Source: a virus. Taken from it: 64,000 nucleotides of DNA. The notes beneath the pieces were generated by a model. It saw only the letters and a list, made by a program, of their open reading frames with translations. It was not told the origin of the DNA and searched no databases. The stretch's first letter is position 1, and every line of letters begins with the position of its first letter. The stretch spans positions 1-64,000 of the IMG/VR virus record IMGVR_UViG_3300022555_000027; one strand, given 5' to 3'. A program made the position numbers and the translations under genes. Positions 29,456 through 39,451 of this stretch are shown one piece after another.

Positions 29456-32051
29456 TCCGACCCCCAAGTTCGCCTTCCCTAAGATTGGGCAGGCGAACGC
29501 CCCCATCCTGGTCGTGTGTGACGCCCCGAACGAGTTCGCCGCTCGCCGGGGAATGCCCCTCAGTACCCAGGAGTTGCAGACCTTCGCGGACTTGGCCACC
29601 CCCTTGGGCTTTGCCGAGGGGGACTTCCGGTTCGTCGGCCTGTGCCCCCAGGTTGCCAAGGGGGACCTCAAGTCCGAGGCCCGGAAGTGGGATCACGTCC
29701 AGCCCTACATCCAACAAATCAATGACCTGATCGCCGAGACGAATCCGGAAGTCGTCGTGACCTTCGGAGCCCTGGCTACACGGGCTATCATGGGCAAGGC
29801 CATGAAGGTGACGAAGGTATCTGGCCTTCTCCAGCACCGGGCGGACGGTGTTCGGGTGTTCCCGCTGATCAGCCCCGGCTTCATCCTTCGGGTGCCTGAG
29901 CATCGCGGGACGCTCCAGGCCGACCTGATGACGCTGTTGCGCTACCGGCGTTCCGGGTGGCAGGAAGCTGCCCCTCCTGGGAAAGACTACCAGTGGCGCA
30001 TTGACATCGCGGACATCATCGCGTCAAAGCCCAAGATTATAAGCGTGGACACCGAGACCACCGGCCTGATCTGGTGGCAAGAGGGTATCCTGCCCATCAC
30101 AGTCCAGATATCCGTTGCTCCTGGCGAGGCTTACGCCATTCCGGTTGACCCGGTTTACTGGCCTGAACTCAATGATCCGGTGAAGATGGCCCGTGTCCGG
30201 TCACAGTTGAAAGAGCTACTCGAAGACCAGACTATCCTAAAGGTCGGGCACAATATCAAGTTCGACGCGATGATGCTCCGCAAGTTCGGTATTGAAGTCA
30301 AGGGGTGGTATCACGACACGATGTTACTGTGGGCCTTCCTTGACGAGAACGCTATGCGGAAGGACTTGGCTTCCGCCGTCAAAAAGTTTGTGCCAGAGAT
30401 GGCTGGTTATTCCGATGTCTTCGACGCCAAGACTGACAAGTCTCGGATGCGTGAAGTTCCCTTCGATGAGATGTTGGAGTACGGCTGTGGTGACGCGGAT
30501 GCCACCCTCCGGCTCGCCAAGGTTCTGGACGCGATGATCCGCTTGCCCATCAACCGTGGGCAGCTTCGCTGCTACCGCCGTATCCAGTTCCCGGCCTTGT
30601 TGGCCTTCCTCAAGGTGGTTGAGCCCTATGGGATCAAGATTGACCTGGAACACCTGACCACCTTCACGGCCAGCATCATCAATGAAGCCGAGACCCTTGA
30701 ACGGAGCCTTTGGAGCCGGATACCGGGAGCCGTCCAGCGCAAGGAAATCCGCAAAGCATTTCATTCCGGTGCCAAGACCATCGACAAGCTGATGTCCTTG
30801 ACCCGGCCTGATTTCATTCGGGATGTGCTATTCTCAGACGTTGGCTTCGGCCTGAAACCCGTCCAGTTCACGGCCGGCACCGTAGACCTTGAGCCTGAAC
30901 ACCAGATCGCTTCCACCTCGGCCAAGACGCACATGCCGTACTTCATCACCCGTAATGACGAGGCCGGGCAGTTCTGCCGTGAATACGTGGACTTCACGAA
31001 GCTGTCAAAACTGGGTGACACCTACCTCGGTGACGCCTTCGCCAAGTATATCTGCCCAACGGATGGGGCAGTTCACCCGTTCTATAAGCTCCACAATACT
31101 AATACTCTGCGTACAAGTTCAGAATATCCCAATGGGCAGAACTTTCCCAAGCGTTCTCGGTGGGCTGCGGAGTATCAAAAGCTCTTCATCCCGCGCCCCG
31201 GGTTCACGTTCGTCGATTGCGACTTGAGCCAGATCGAACTTCGCATCGCCGCCTGGGAAGCGATGGAGCCGGAGATGCTCCGCATCTATCGGGGAGGTGG
31301 AGACATCCATACGGCCACGGCAATGGTCGTTATGCAGATCACCCTCGAAGAATGGAACGCCCTTACCCCGAAGGAAAAGAAAGCCTTTAGAACTAAGGCC
31401 AAAGCCTGCAACTTCGGGTTCATCTATGGAATGCAATGGCGTACATTCCAGGCGTATGCCTTTACGGACTACTGCGTAAACTATACAGAGAAGGAGGCCC
31501 AAGAAGCGCGCGAGTTGTTCTTCGATAACTATCCGGGCCTCGTTGCGTGGCATGCTCGCAAGAAGCGGTTCGCCCATGAGACGGGGACCTCCGTCGCGCT
31601 TCACGGGGCAACCCGGCACCTTCCGTCTATCCGGTCAACTGACCCGGCGATGGTTGCGCTCGCTGAACGCCAAGCGGTCAACGCGCCTGTCCAGCGTTTC
31701 GGTTCGGACCTCGGCCTCGCGGCCCTCGCCCGGTTCAGTGCTCAAGCCGACCCTGAGATATACCGCATCGTGGCGTTCATCCATGACGCGCTTATCATGG
31801 AAGTGCCAATCGAGATGGCGGAAGAGGGCGCTGCCTATCTGCGCTGGTCGATGGAGAGCTTTCCATTCCAAGAGTGGTTTGACCTTACCCCTCCGCTGCC
31901 TATCCTGGCAGAGCCGAGCATCGCCAACCCCGAAAAGCCGAGCCTCGGTAACATGATTGAGCGCCCGGACATTCAACCCCGTAAGCCAAGTTGGTGGAAC
32001 GACGACGAGATCGGCGCTCTCAACAATCTGGCTGGACGTTTGGCCGCCTGA
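29445..32051 (+). CDS. family A DNA polymerase with N-terminal UDG-like domain and 3'-5' exonuclease
   Basis: ExoI 'VDTETTG', 'GHNIKFD', 'YGCGDAD'; motif A 'DLSQIELR', motif B 'RTKAKACNFGFIYG', motif C 'IHDAL'; UDG-fold N-terminal ~170 aa. Confidence 0.95.
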   Translation: MVFDPTPKFAFPKIGQANAPILVVCDAPNEFAARRGMPLSTQELQTFADLATPLGFAEGDFRFVGLCPQVAKGDLKSEARKWDHVQPYIQQINDLIAETNPEVVVTFGALATRAIMGKAMKVTKVSGLLQHRADGVRVFPLISPGFILRVPEHRGTLQADLMTLLRYRRSGWQEAAPPGKDYQWRIDIADIIASKPKIISVDTETTGLIWWQEGILPITVQISVAPGEAYAIPVDPVYWPELNDPVKMARVRSQLKELLEDQTILKVGHNIKFDAMMLRKFGIEVKGWYHDTMLLWAFLDENAMRKDLASAVKKFVPEMAGYSDVFDAKTDKSRMREVPFDEMLEYGCGDADATLRLAKVLDAMIRLPINRGQLRCYRRIQFPALLAFLKVVEPYGIKIDLEHLTTFTASIINEAETLERSLWSRIPGAVQRKEIRKAFHSGAKTIDKLMSLTRPDFIRDVLFSDVGFGLKPVQFTAGTVDLEPEHQIASTSAKTHMPYFITRNDEAGQFCREYVDFTKLSKLGDTYLGDAFAKYICPTDGAVHPFYKLHNTNTLRTSSEYPNGQNFPKRSRWAAEYQKLFIPRPGFTFVDCDLSQIELRIAAWEAMEPEMLRIYRGGGDIHTATAMVVMQITLEEWNALTPKEKKAFRTKAKACNFGFIYGMQWRTFQAYAFTDYCVNYTEKEAQEARELFFDNYPGLVAWHARKKRFAHETGTSVALHGATRHLPSIRSTDPAMVALAERQAVNAPVQRFGSDLGLAALARFSAQADPEIYRIVAFIHDALIMEVPIEMAEEGAAYLRWSMESFPFQEWFDLTPPLPILAEPSIANPEKPSLGNMIERPDIQPRKPSWWNDDEIGALNNLAGRLAA

Positions 32052-32101
32052 GGCCCATATAAGGTGAAGGCAAGTTGAAACCAGTTTCAGGGAACACAGT
32101 C

Positions 32102-32620
32102 ATGGCTACAGAAGTTCGTCGTCGTCGCCTTGGTGGCGGCATTGGGGTTGAGACGAAGCCCCTCGAAGTTGAAGTCGAAGCGCCCGTGGTGTCCGCAGTA
32201 ATGCCACCTGTTGCTACGGTCGAACAGCGGCAGCACAATCTCCCGCCTGAACTCACGGAAGCAGCCCGCAAGGCATTCCTGACCAACAGGGCTGCCGCCG
32301 CCGCCACGAAGGCTGCTGAGGTTGCCAAGGCCGCACTTGTAGCGATGATCATCCGGGGAGGCTACCCTGACTTCGAGATCGTTGTGGCCGGTGAGAATGG
32401 TGGCTTCAGGACTGTTGACATCACGATGGCCGCAAAGGAGACCGAGAAAATTGACATCGCGGCGCTGCAACGGCTGATCAGCAACGACGACTTCCTCAAG
32501 ATCGTCACCGCTGCCAAGGCTACCACCGAAAAGGTCGCCGGCAAGAACGTCCTAGTGGCATCAACTAAAGTTGTCAAAGGTGAAGCCACATTGTCGATGA
32601 AGGAGCGCAAGGATGGCTAA
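32102..32620 (+). CDS. hypothetical protein
   Basis: Coding-like ORF after a promoter and palindrome; overlaps the next start. Confidence 0.7.
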   Translation: MATEVRRRRLGGGIGVETKPLEVEVEAPVVSAVMPPVATVEQRQHNLPPELTEAARKAFLTNRAAAAATKAAEVAKAALVAMIIRGGYPDFEIVVAGENGGFRTVDITMAAKETEKIDIAALQRLISNDDFLKIVTAAKATTEKVAGKNVLVASTKVVKGEATLSMKERKDG

Positions 32621-33101
32621 GATACTCACCGGGAACTTCGGGGGCCAGTCTGCTCCCGTTACCCCAACCGAACCAGAAGAGCCTGGGGTGAACCTCAGCG
32701 CCTTTCTCCCGGACTTACAACCTGGGGACACTGTGATCGGCGTCGTGACCGAAGCCGAAGTGCAGACGCTGCTACAGTATCTGCACTCCCAGAAGATGAT
32801 GCTGGAGATGACACACGCCTGCTACATCCGGGGAGTGACAGCAGCATCGCGGTACTTCCAGGAGAACTTGGCAAAGCCGAACCTGAAGCCGATCAATGAA
32901 GTGATCAGCGAGGCGTCCGGTTTCCTAACCGATGCCGAAGCCAAGTTGTTCTGCAAGATCAGCAATCAGGCAGACACCCTATCCGCCCTTCTGTTGTTTA
33001 CCGTCAAGGAAAGGCTTGACGTACACCACTTGGTGCTTGCCTTCCGCACAAAGGGGCGTATCGTATGCGTCGGCAAACGAGCGGCTCTGCCTGGAAAGTG
33101 A
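32613..33101 (+). CDS. hypothetical protein
   Basis: RBS AAGGAG; coupled to the upstream ORF. Confidence 0.7.
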   Translation: MAKILTGNFGGQSAPVTPTEPEEPGVNLSAFLPDLQPGDTVIGVVTEAEVQTLLQYLHSQKMMLEMTHACYIRGVTAASRYFQENLAKPNLKPINEVISEASGFLTDAEAKLFCKISNQADTLSALLLFTVKERLDVHHLVLAFRTKGRIVCVGKRAALPGK

Positions 33102-33200
33102 GCCCGCTATGGATGGAACGCTCGACCTTTACTGCCTATACCATGTGCGCCGAAATCCTAATATGGCCGTTCCTCGCGAACCACCGAATATGAGGGCACG

Positions 33201-34241
33201 ATGAAAGAGCGCGATGTCCATAACGTGCTTCGGGCCTTGAACATCCAGGCTCAAACACGGGTCGGGGCAAGTTGGGTGAATGCCCCTTGCCCCTTTGCGC
33301 CGTGGCGACACAAGCACGGGACTGATAGCAACCCCTCCTTCGGAGTCGTGTTCAACGACAACAAGATGTCACGCGGAAACTGCTTTTCCTGTCACTGGAA
33401 GGGTACTCTTGCCGATCTCGTGACCGAGCTTGAAAGCCTTCGGGGGGTCACATACCCGGAAGCCCTTCACAAGCTGGTCGAAGACGAGATGCTGGGGATT
33501 TCGCTGCCGGAATGGGGGGACCACATTCATGACGATGAGCCCCTCCCGGAACCGTACCCGGACGAGCTATTCGTCAACGCCTGGGACAACGCCTGGGACG
33601 TGCCGGCGGGCAGGGAATACCTGATCAATGGCCGTCCCATCGGACTTCACGAAGAGGCTGTCCGCAGCCTGGACCTTCGCTACGATCCCGACGAAAACCG
33701 CATCGTGTTTCAGGTTCGGGGGAGGGGAGGGGAGTTGTACGGGTTCTCAGGTCGGTCAATCTTTCCGAGGGCTCAGCCGAAGGTAAGAGACTACGTGGGC
33801 CTGCCAAAAAAGCATCTTATCCTTGGGTGCCATCGTTGGCAGCAAGGCAAGCCAGTGATAATGGTTGAAGGCTTGTTCGCCTATGCCCACCTTGTGTCCA
33901 TTGGCACCGAACAGTTCGCCAACGTCGGGGCGGCTCTAGGCTCGGTGTTGACTGAGGAGAAGGCATCTATACTTAGGATGTTCTTTCACCGCGTCCTTCT
34001 TTTGTTTGACCCAGATGAACCGGGGTATGCTGGCATTTGGGAGCCGACGAGGGACGGCAAGCGTGACATGAAGCACGGGGCGGTCGGAAAGCTGCTCGGC
34101 CATGTCCCTGTCTCCGTCCCCCGCTACCCAGAAGGGTGCGATGACGTTGACAAGCTGCTGATCGACGAAGTTGAGGCTATGCTGGAAACGGACGACCTCA
34201 TTCCACGGAAACCGGTTTCAAATCGCTTCCGGCGCACCTAG
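33201..34241 (+). CDS. DNA primase (zinc-binding + Toprim)
   Basis: 'CPF....H...D.NPSF', 'CFSC', 'GFSGR', 'VEG', 'FDPDEPG'. Confidence 0.9.
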   Translation: MKERDVHNVLRALNIQAQTRVGASWVNAPCPFAPWRHKHGTDSNPSFGVVFNDNKMSRGNCFSCHWKGTLADLVTELESLRGVTYPEALHKLVEDEMLGISLPEWGDHIHDDEPLPEPYPDELFVNAWDNAWDVPAGREYLINGRPIGLHEEAVRSLDLRYDPDENRIVFQVRGRGGELYGFSGRSIFPRAQPKVRDYVGLPKKHLILGCHRWQQGKPVIMVEGLFAYAHLVSIGTEQFANVGAALGSVLTEEKASILRMFFHRVLLLFDPDEPGYAGIWEPTRDGKRDMKHGAVGKLLGHVPVSVPRYPEGCDDVDKLLIDEVEAMLETDDLIPRKPVSNRFRRT

Positions 34242-34287
34242 TTTTTGGACACCACCACTTGTAACTCTCAATGAGGATACATACATC

Positions 34288-34632
34288 GTGATCAGTCAAG
34301 AAGACGCGAAAATCTTGCATGAGCAACTGAAAACAAGCGGCGGCATCCGAATGCCAACGCCAACCGGGGACCTCTTCCTAGTTGACGCCCGAGTATTTCA
34401 GAAGGCTGGCCTGCTGATCGCATCCTCAAACGGGGGTTGTTTCCTCTGGGATTACGACCGCCCTCTCAATGCGTTTCGTCTACTGAGTGCAAAGTTCCCG
34501 CTCGGCATCGCCGAGACTGTATCCAACATCGCCAACGCTCTTGGCGCCCTGGAACAATCCTTGGAACAATCGCTCGTAGAGCCACCCCTTTTGGAATACA
34601 AGGACCCACCCGATGGCTCAGGAACTCCGTAA
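34288..34632 (+). CDS. hypothetical protein
   Basis: ORF between primase and SSB; start uncertain. Confidence 0.55.
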   Translation: MISQEDAKILHEQLKTSGGIRMPTPTGDLFLVDARVFQKAGLLIASSNGGCFLWDYDRPLNAFRLLSAKFPLGIAETVSNIANALGALEQSLEQSLVEPPLLEYKDPPDGSGTP

Positions 34633-35650
34633 CCGCTCCTTCGGGGGCGCCGCGCGTCCCCAAGCTCAGACACAGGCCGCACCGAAGGTTGACGACCTGT
34701 CTTGGACCGCTTCCGGCGACACCGCTCGCCAGCAGTCCGCTCAAGAGGCCGAAGCCGCCGCTGCCCGGCGTGCCCAAGCCTACCAGCCCCGGCGTTTCCG
34801 CTTGGGTGTTGGCCAGCAAGCCGACGTTATCGTCCTCGACTACAGCATCGTGCGTGTACCTGGGACTGAACTCACCTTGCAGACGCAAGGCATCCCCTCC
34901 TATCACGAACATGACCTGACCTGGGAGCCGGCCTTTGCGCGCAATCGCACGGGCAGCAACTCCAAGCAGGACATCTTCGAGGCTTGCCCAAAGCTGCAAG
35001 AAACCTGCCCGATTTGCCGTTTCCTTGGCAAAGAAAGCGGCTTCATCATGTTGGTTTCCGTTCTGGACGCCCGTGCGATCACCAGCCAGAAGACTGGTAT
35101 CACGACCCCGTTCCGCCGGAACATCCTGGCCGTCAAGAACGAGCAGCAAGCCGTCATCCATCGTATCTTCGACCGTGCCGGCGGCAACCCCCGTGGCGTT
35201 CACCTCCTGATGACCCGTGATGGTCAACGGGAAGCGGCCATCGGTAAGCCCGAGTACGTTGACACCCTGACCGAGCAGCAGCTTCTGGAATACTTCAGCC
35301 ACCCGGCCGAGCTTGCCGCCGATGGCAAGGTGCGGGTCGAGGCCAACGGTATGCTCCAGCCCTACCTGTACGGCTCTTTCTTGCGCCGCCCGACCGCTGC
35401 TGACATTCACCGGAAGTACCCCTTCCTGCCCGCCGTGGCCGGTAGTGTGACTGCCAACGAACGCGGTAGCTACGAGGCCCCACACAACCCCGTGGGTGGC
35501 TTCAACCACTCGGCAGGCTTCCAGGGTGCTTCACAAGTTGCCGCTGCCCAGCAGGCTGCTACGGGCACCGGTGGCGGCTTCGCGGGTCGCGCTGCCAATG
35601 CTAAACCGCCGGCACAGCCTGACCTGGACGACGAAATTCCTTTTAACTAA
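34613..35650 (+). CDS. single-stranded DNA-binding protein (gp32-like, Zn-binding)
   Basis: 'EH', 'C......CPIC', acidic tail 'DLDDEIPFN'. Confidence 0.75.
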   Translation: MAQELRNRSFGGAARPQAQTQAAPKVDDLSWTASGDTARQQSAQEAEAAAARRAQAYQPRRFRLGVGQQADVIVLDYSIVRVPGTELTLQTQGIPSYHEHDLTWEPAFARNRTGSNSKQDIFEACPKLQETCPICRFLGKESGFIMLVSVLDARAITSQKTGITTPFRRNILAVKNEQQAVIHRIFDRAGGNPRGVHLLMTRDGQREAAIGKPEYVDTLTEQQLLEYFSHPAELAADGKVRVEANGMLQPYLYGSFLRRPTAADIHRKYPFLPAVAGSVTANERGSYEAPHNPVGGFNHSAGFQGASQVAAAQQAATGTGGGFAGRAANAKPPAQPDLDDEIPFN

Positions 35651-35661
35651 GGGGACACGCC

Positions 35662-36063
35662 ATGACCACCAGCGAAAGCTGGCGTGTTGTCCCCCGCTTG
35701 CCAGAGTATGAGGCGAGCAGCTTCGGAAGGGTTATGCGGACCCCCTATAGAGCGGAGATGCCTCACGGCGGATACCGCACTTATGGGGGTCAACCCCGGT
35801 ACGGAGATTTAGAGGACGGCCGCTACCACATCATTTTCAAAGGCCACTGCTATAAGGTTCATCGACTGGTTTGCGAAGCCTTCAACGGCCCGAAGCCTTT
35901 CGATGGAGCGGTAGTGATGCGCCTTGACGAAGATGAGACCAATAACCGGCCGGAGAATTTAGCTTGGGGCACACAGAAGGAAAACCTGAATGCCCCTGGT
36001 TTCATCGCTTACTGCAAGGGTCGGACTGGCGAAAATAATCCTCGCACAAAAGGGTGTCGTTAG
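35662..36063 (+). CDS. NUMOD4-HNH homing endonuclease-like protein (probably degenerate)
   Basis: 'W..VP....YEASS.GRV', 'VHRLVCEAF.GP', 'NN..ENL.W.T..EN'; catalytic His position is R. Confidence 0.8.
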   Translation: MTTSESWRVVPRLPEYEASSFGRVMRTPYRAEMPHGGYRTYGGQPRYGDLEDGRYHIIFKGHCYKVHRLVCEAFNGPKPFDGAVVMRLDEDETNNRPENLAWGTQKENLNAPGFIAYCKGRTGENNPRTKGCR

Positions 36064-36089
36064 TTTGAAACCGGTTTCAGGGGGCTATC

Positions 36090-37493
36090 ATGACCGCCAT
36101 CTTGTCGAACTATCTCTATATCCCGGTGGGTCAGTTCACCCTCCGAAGCATCGCCGAATTGCGCTCGGAACTCACCGTCGTACCACGGAACTTCGCGGCC
36201 AAGAAATTCAACCAACGCCAGCCGGTGATCAAGCTCTATGAGGACCGGATGCCCGGGTATATCGGCATTCCGAAGGCATGGGGCAGGGAGCACTTCCCAA
36301 CGCTGATGGTCGAAGACCGCCGGTCGAACGGAAGTCCCATAGAATGCCCAAAGAGGCCCGATCCGAACCATCCAAGGGTCAGAGAGCCGGCCAAGCAGGC
36401 CAAGTTTATGGCCGAGTTGCTTGACGCCGCCGGTGACGCTAAGAACTTCATTGCATCTGCCTCAACCGGGAGTGGGAAGACGGTTTGCGCCCTGAACATG
36501 ATCGCCGAGCTAGGCCGCACAGCCCTGATCGTTGTCCACCTTGACCGGTTGCTCGATCAGTGGGTTAAGGAGATCAAGGACAAGCTGGGCCTCACTGACG
36601 ACGAGATAGGTGTCGTGCAAGGTCAGAAGTGCGACTACAAAGGTAAGAAAATCGTTGTAGCGATGTTGCAGTCGCTTTCGATGAAAGAGGACTACCCGTC
36701 AGACCTTTGGAACTACTTCGGTACAGTGGTTTTCGACGAAGTTCACAAAATCGGAAGTGAAATTTTTTCCCGGGCTGTTACCAAATTTAACGTAAGGGTG
36801 AGCGTCGGCCTGAGTGCCACTGTTCGCCGCCGTGACGGGGCCGACAAGGTGTTTCTGTATCACCTCGGGCATGTGTCCGTGCGTAGCGAAGCCGAAGCCC
36901 TTCCGATGGACGTTTACGTCATCCCGTACACCTGTCGGAAGGAGGCACCACATGATAACGCCCACAAGTCAGAAAAGCTGGAATACCTCACCAGTGACAA
37001 TTACCGCAACGGGATGATCCTCGACCAGATCCTCCGAATGCACAGGACAGGCCGGCAAGCCCTGGTGGTTGGTGACAACATCGACCACCTGCATCACCTC
37101 CGGGACAGGTGCGTGGCCTATCGCATTCCTGAAGAAGACCTCGGGATGTTCACCGGCCAACTCATTGTCGATGGGAAGAGAAAGAAGGCGTCTTCTGAGC
37201 ACCTAGACCGGGTGATGAAGGACAGCCAGATACTCTTTGCCACCTACCAAATGATCACCGAGGGCATCGACATCCCACGTCTCGACGCTGGTATCGATGT
37301 GACGCCACGGGCCGATGCCGAGCAGTTAATCGGCCGAACCCGTCGCCCGATGCCGGGAAAAAAGGACCCGATCTGGGTGACGTTTGAAGATAAGAGCGTC
37401 AAGAGCTTCGTCCGGGCCTTGGACTCACGCATCAAGGACTACCGGAACACAGGATGCCGTGTATTCACCATGAAGGAGCGTGGCAATGTCTGA
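36090..37493 (+). CDS. superfamily 2 DEAD/H helicase
   Basis: 'TGSGKT', 'DEVH', 'GLSAT', 'EGIDIP.LD', 'Q.IGR..R'. Confidence 0.92.
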   Translation: MTAILSNYLYIPVGQFTLRSIAELRSELTVVPRNFAAKKFNQRQPVIKLYEDRMPGYIGIPKAWGREHFPTLMVEDRRSNGSPIECPKRPDPNHPRVREPAKQAKFMAELLDAAGDAKNFIASASTGSGKTVCALNMIAELGRTALIVVHLDRLLDQWVKEIKDKLGLTDDEIGVVQGQKCDYKGKKIVVAMLQSLSMKEDYPSDLWNYFGTVVFDEVHKIGSEIFSRAVTKFNVRVSVGLSATVRRRDGADKVFLYHLGHVSVRSEAEALPMDVYVIPYTCRKEAPHDNAHKSEKLEYLTSDNYRNGMILDQILRMHRTGRQALVVGDNIDHLHHLRDRCVAYRIPEEDLGMFTGQLIVDGKRKKASSEHLDRVMKDSQILFATYQMITEGIDIPRLDAGIDVTPRADAEQLIGRTRRPMPGKKDPIWVTFEDKSVKSFVRALDSRIKDYRNTGCRVFTMKERGNV

Positions 37494-37671
37494 TTACTAT
37501 TGGGGGCCTCTTTATAACCAAAGAAGACGAGACAAGTACAAGAACGACCTCGCCTTCCGTCTCAAAGAACGCCGTCGCGCTAAGAGCGACCAAAGGAAAA
37601 GACGGGAGAAGCAAAATGGCACTGCGGGAACGAAAAGCGCCGGTAAAAGCACCACCGGCTCGGATACTTGA
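37486..37671 (+). CDS. small basic hypothetical protein
   Basis: RBS AAGGAG; start overlaps the helicase stop. Confidence 0.45.
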   Translation: MSDYYWGPLYNQRRRDKYKNDLAFRLKERRRAKSDQRKRREKQNGTAGTKSAGKSTTGSDT

Positions 37672-37981
37672 CGTTGAAGGGGCCGAGGGGTTCATTACCG
37701 TCAAGCGTGGTCGGTTTAACATGGGGAAACTGATCTTCGAGAAAGAAGACCTCGATACGATCACGGTCCCCTGGTTTAACGGCCCAATAGCCCGGGTTAA
37801 AATCAGCAGCAGCACTACTCGCAACCTGGGTGATTACAACTCTGTCAAGGTCGAAGTTAGCCTTGACTTACCGTGCTACGCCGTACCCGGCGAAATTGAG
37901 CACACATACAATCAGGCCGCCGATTGGGTCTGCGCCAAAATCGAGAGCGAGCTTGACGATGGAGGACAGACCAATGGCTGA
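37616..37981 (+). CDS. hypothetical protein
   Basis: 'T.NLGDYNS.KV.V' motif seen in phage proteins; RBS GGGAG. Confidence 0.7.
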   Translation: MALRERKAPVKAPPARILDVEGAEGFITVKRGRFNMGKLIFEKEDLDTITVPWFNGPIARVKISSSTTRNLGDYNSVKVEVSLDLPCYAVPGEIEHTYNQAADWVCAKIESELDDGGQTNG

Positions 37982-39098
37982 GATCCGCCAGCGCACCGCA
38001 CCCACAGAACCAGGACCCCTGGTCCTGCCCGATAGCCTGAAAAATCTCAAGGATGCCCTCGCCAAGCGTTGCGGTGATGGTGTCTTCGTGATGGCCGGCA
38101 ACCTTCCACCCCGTAAGCACATTCCGACCGGCATTTTCGTTGCCGACATGGCGACCCTTGGCGGCATCCCGCGTGGCCTGATTACTCAGGTGCTAGGCAT
38201 GCCCGCTGCTGGCAAAACCCTGCTCTCCATGCGGGCGGCAGCATCGGCACAGCGCATGTTCCCCGACATGTATGTTGCCTGCGTTGAGCCTGAAGGCACT
38301 TGGGACACGGAGTGGGCCGCTTGTCACGGTGTTGACAACAGCCGCCTGATCCTCGTCCGCCCGCCTGATGGCGAAGCCGGTGTGGATGCCACGGACGAGT
38401 TGCTGCGCTCCCGTGACGTGTCCCTGGTCATCCTTGATAGCTTGCCTGCCTTGGTTCCGAAAAAGGAAATCGAACGCTCGGCTGGCAACGACAGTATGGG
38501 TGAGCAAGCCCGTCTGATGGGCCGGTTTATCGTCAAGGCGGTCAACGCCTGCAACGAAGGTCGCCGTGCGGGTTTCCTGCCCACCCTGCTGATGATCAAT
38601 CAGTACCGCATGAAGGTCGGCTTGGTGTTCGGCGACCCCCGGTCAATCCCTGGTGGCAAGGCCAAGGACTACGCCATTTCCCTGTCCCTTGAATTGAAAA
38701 AGTCCAAGGAAGTCATGGGTAAAGACAGCCAGGGCCGTGAGGTTGCTGATCACAACGATCACAGCATCGAAGTCAAGAAAACCAAAATCGGTGGCTCCAT
38801 CACGGCTGGGGACTTCACCCTTTGCCGCAACCGCGATGGCAAGTTTGCAGCCGGTTTCATTGACGAAGGTGAGACCGTCAAGGGCTTCGCAAAGGACGCG
38901 GGCTTCCTGGGCGGCTCGGCCGGCAAGTACACGGTGGACGGTGCCATTGACCCGTCAACCGGTGAAGTGCTGATCTTCCGCACTCACCAGGACATCATCG
39001 ACTGGTGGTATGCCAACCCGGTGGCGTTCGAGACCATGAAGACCGAATTGATCCGTCTCCAGCGGATCAAGTGCGGTTACACCAACCAATGGCTCTAA
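37974..39098 (+). CDS. recA: RecA-like recombinase
   Basis: 'IPTG...D....GGIPRG', 'G...AGKT', 'ILDS..AL.P', 'QARLM', 'INQ.R', 'PGG'. Confidence 0.92.
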   Translation: MAEIRQRTAPTEPGPLVLPDSLKNLKDALAKRCGDGVFVMAGNLPPRKHIPTGIFVADMATLGGIPRGLITQVLGMPAAGKTLLSMRAAASAQRMFPDMYVACVEPEGTWDTEWAACHGVDNSRLILVRPPDGEAGVDATDELLRSRDVSLVILDSLPALVPKKEIERSAGNDSMGEQARLMGRFIVKAVNACNEGRRAGFLPTLLMINQYRMKVGLVFGDPRSIPGGKAKDYAISLSLELKKSKEVMGKDSQGREVADHNDHSIEVKKTKIGGSITAGDFTLCRNRDGKFAAGFIDEGETVKGFAKDAGFLGGSAGKYTVDGAIDPSTGEVLIFRTHQDIIDWWYANPVAFETMKTELIRLQRIKCGYTNQWL

Positions 39099-39451
39099 AG
39101 GAGCCTAAGTGCCTGCAAGGCAACCTGTCACCATCGCACCTCCGAGCAAAGCAGCAGGAAAAGGAGATCGCGAAGAGGACAGGGGGCCGGCAGACACCCG
39201 GGTCCGGTAACAAAACGGTGAAGGGTGATGTTCGGGTTAAGGGCGTCATGAGAATTGAAGCCAAGACCACGAAACACCTTTCATTTACCGTCACCACGGA
39301 ACATATATCAAATATAACCAACGCGGTGGCTGGTACTCTTGAGATACCCTGTATGGCAATCGAATTTGGCGACGGTACTTCCTTTGTCATACTTCCGGAG
39401 AGCGCACTAGACACCATTCTTGAGATAGCGAGAACAAGATGTCCCTCCTGA
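39089..39451 (+). CDS. PD-(D/E)XK nuclease / archaeal-type Holliday junction resolvase-like
   Basis: 'QEKEIAK..GG...PGSG....KGD......IEAK'. Confidence 0.7.
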   Translation: MALKEPKCLQGNLSPSHLRAKQQEKEIAKRTGGRQTPGSGNKTVKGDVRVKGVMRIEAKTTKHLSFTVTTEHISNITNAVAGTLEIPCMAIEFGDGTSFVILPESALDTILEIARTRCPS

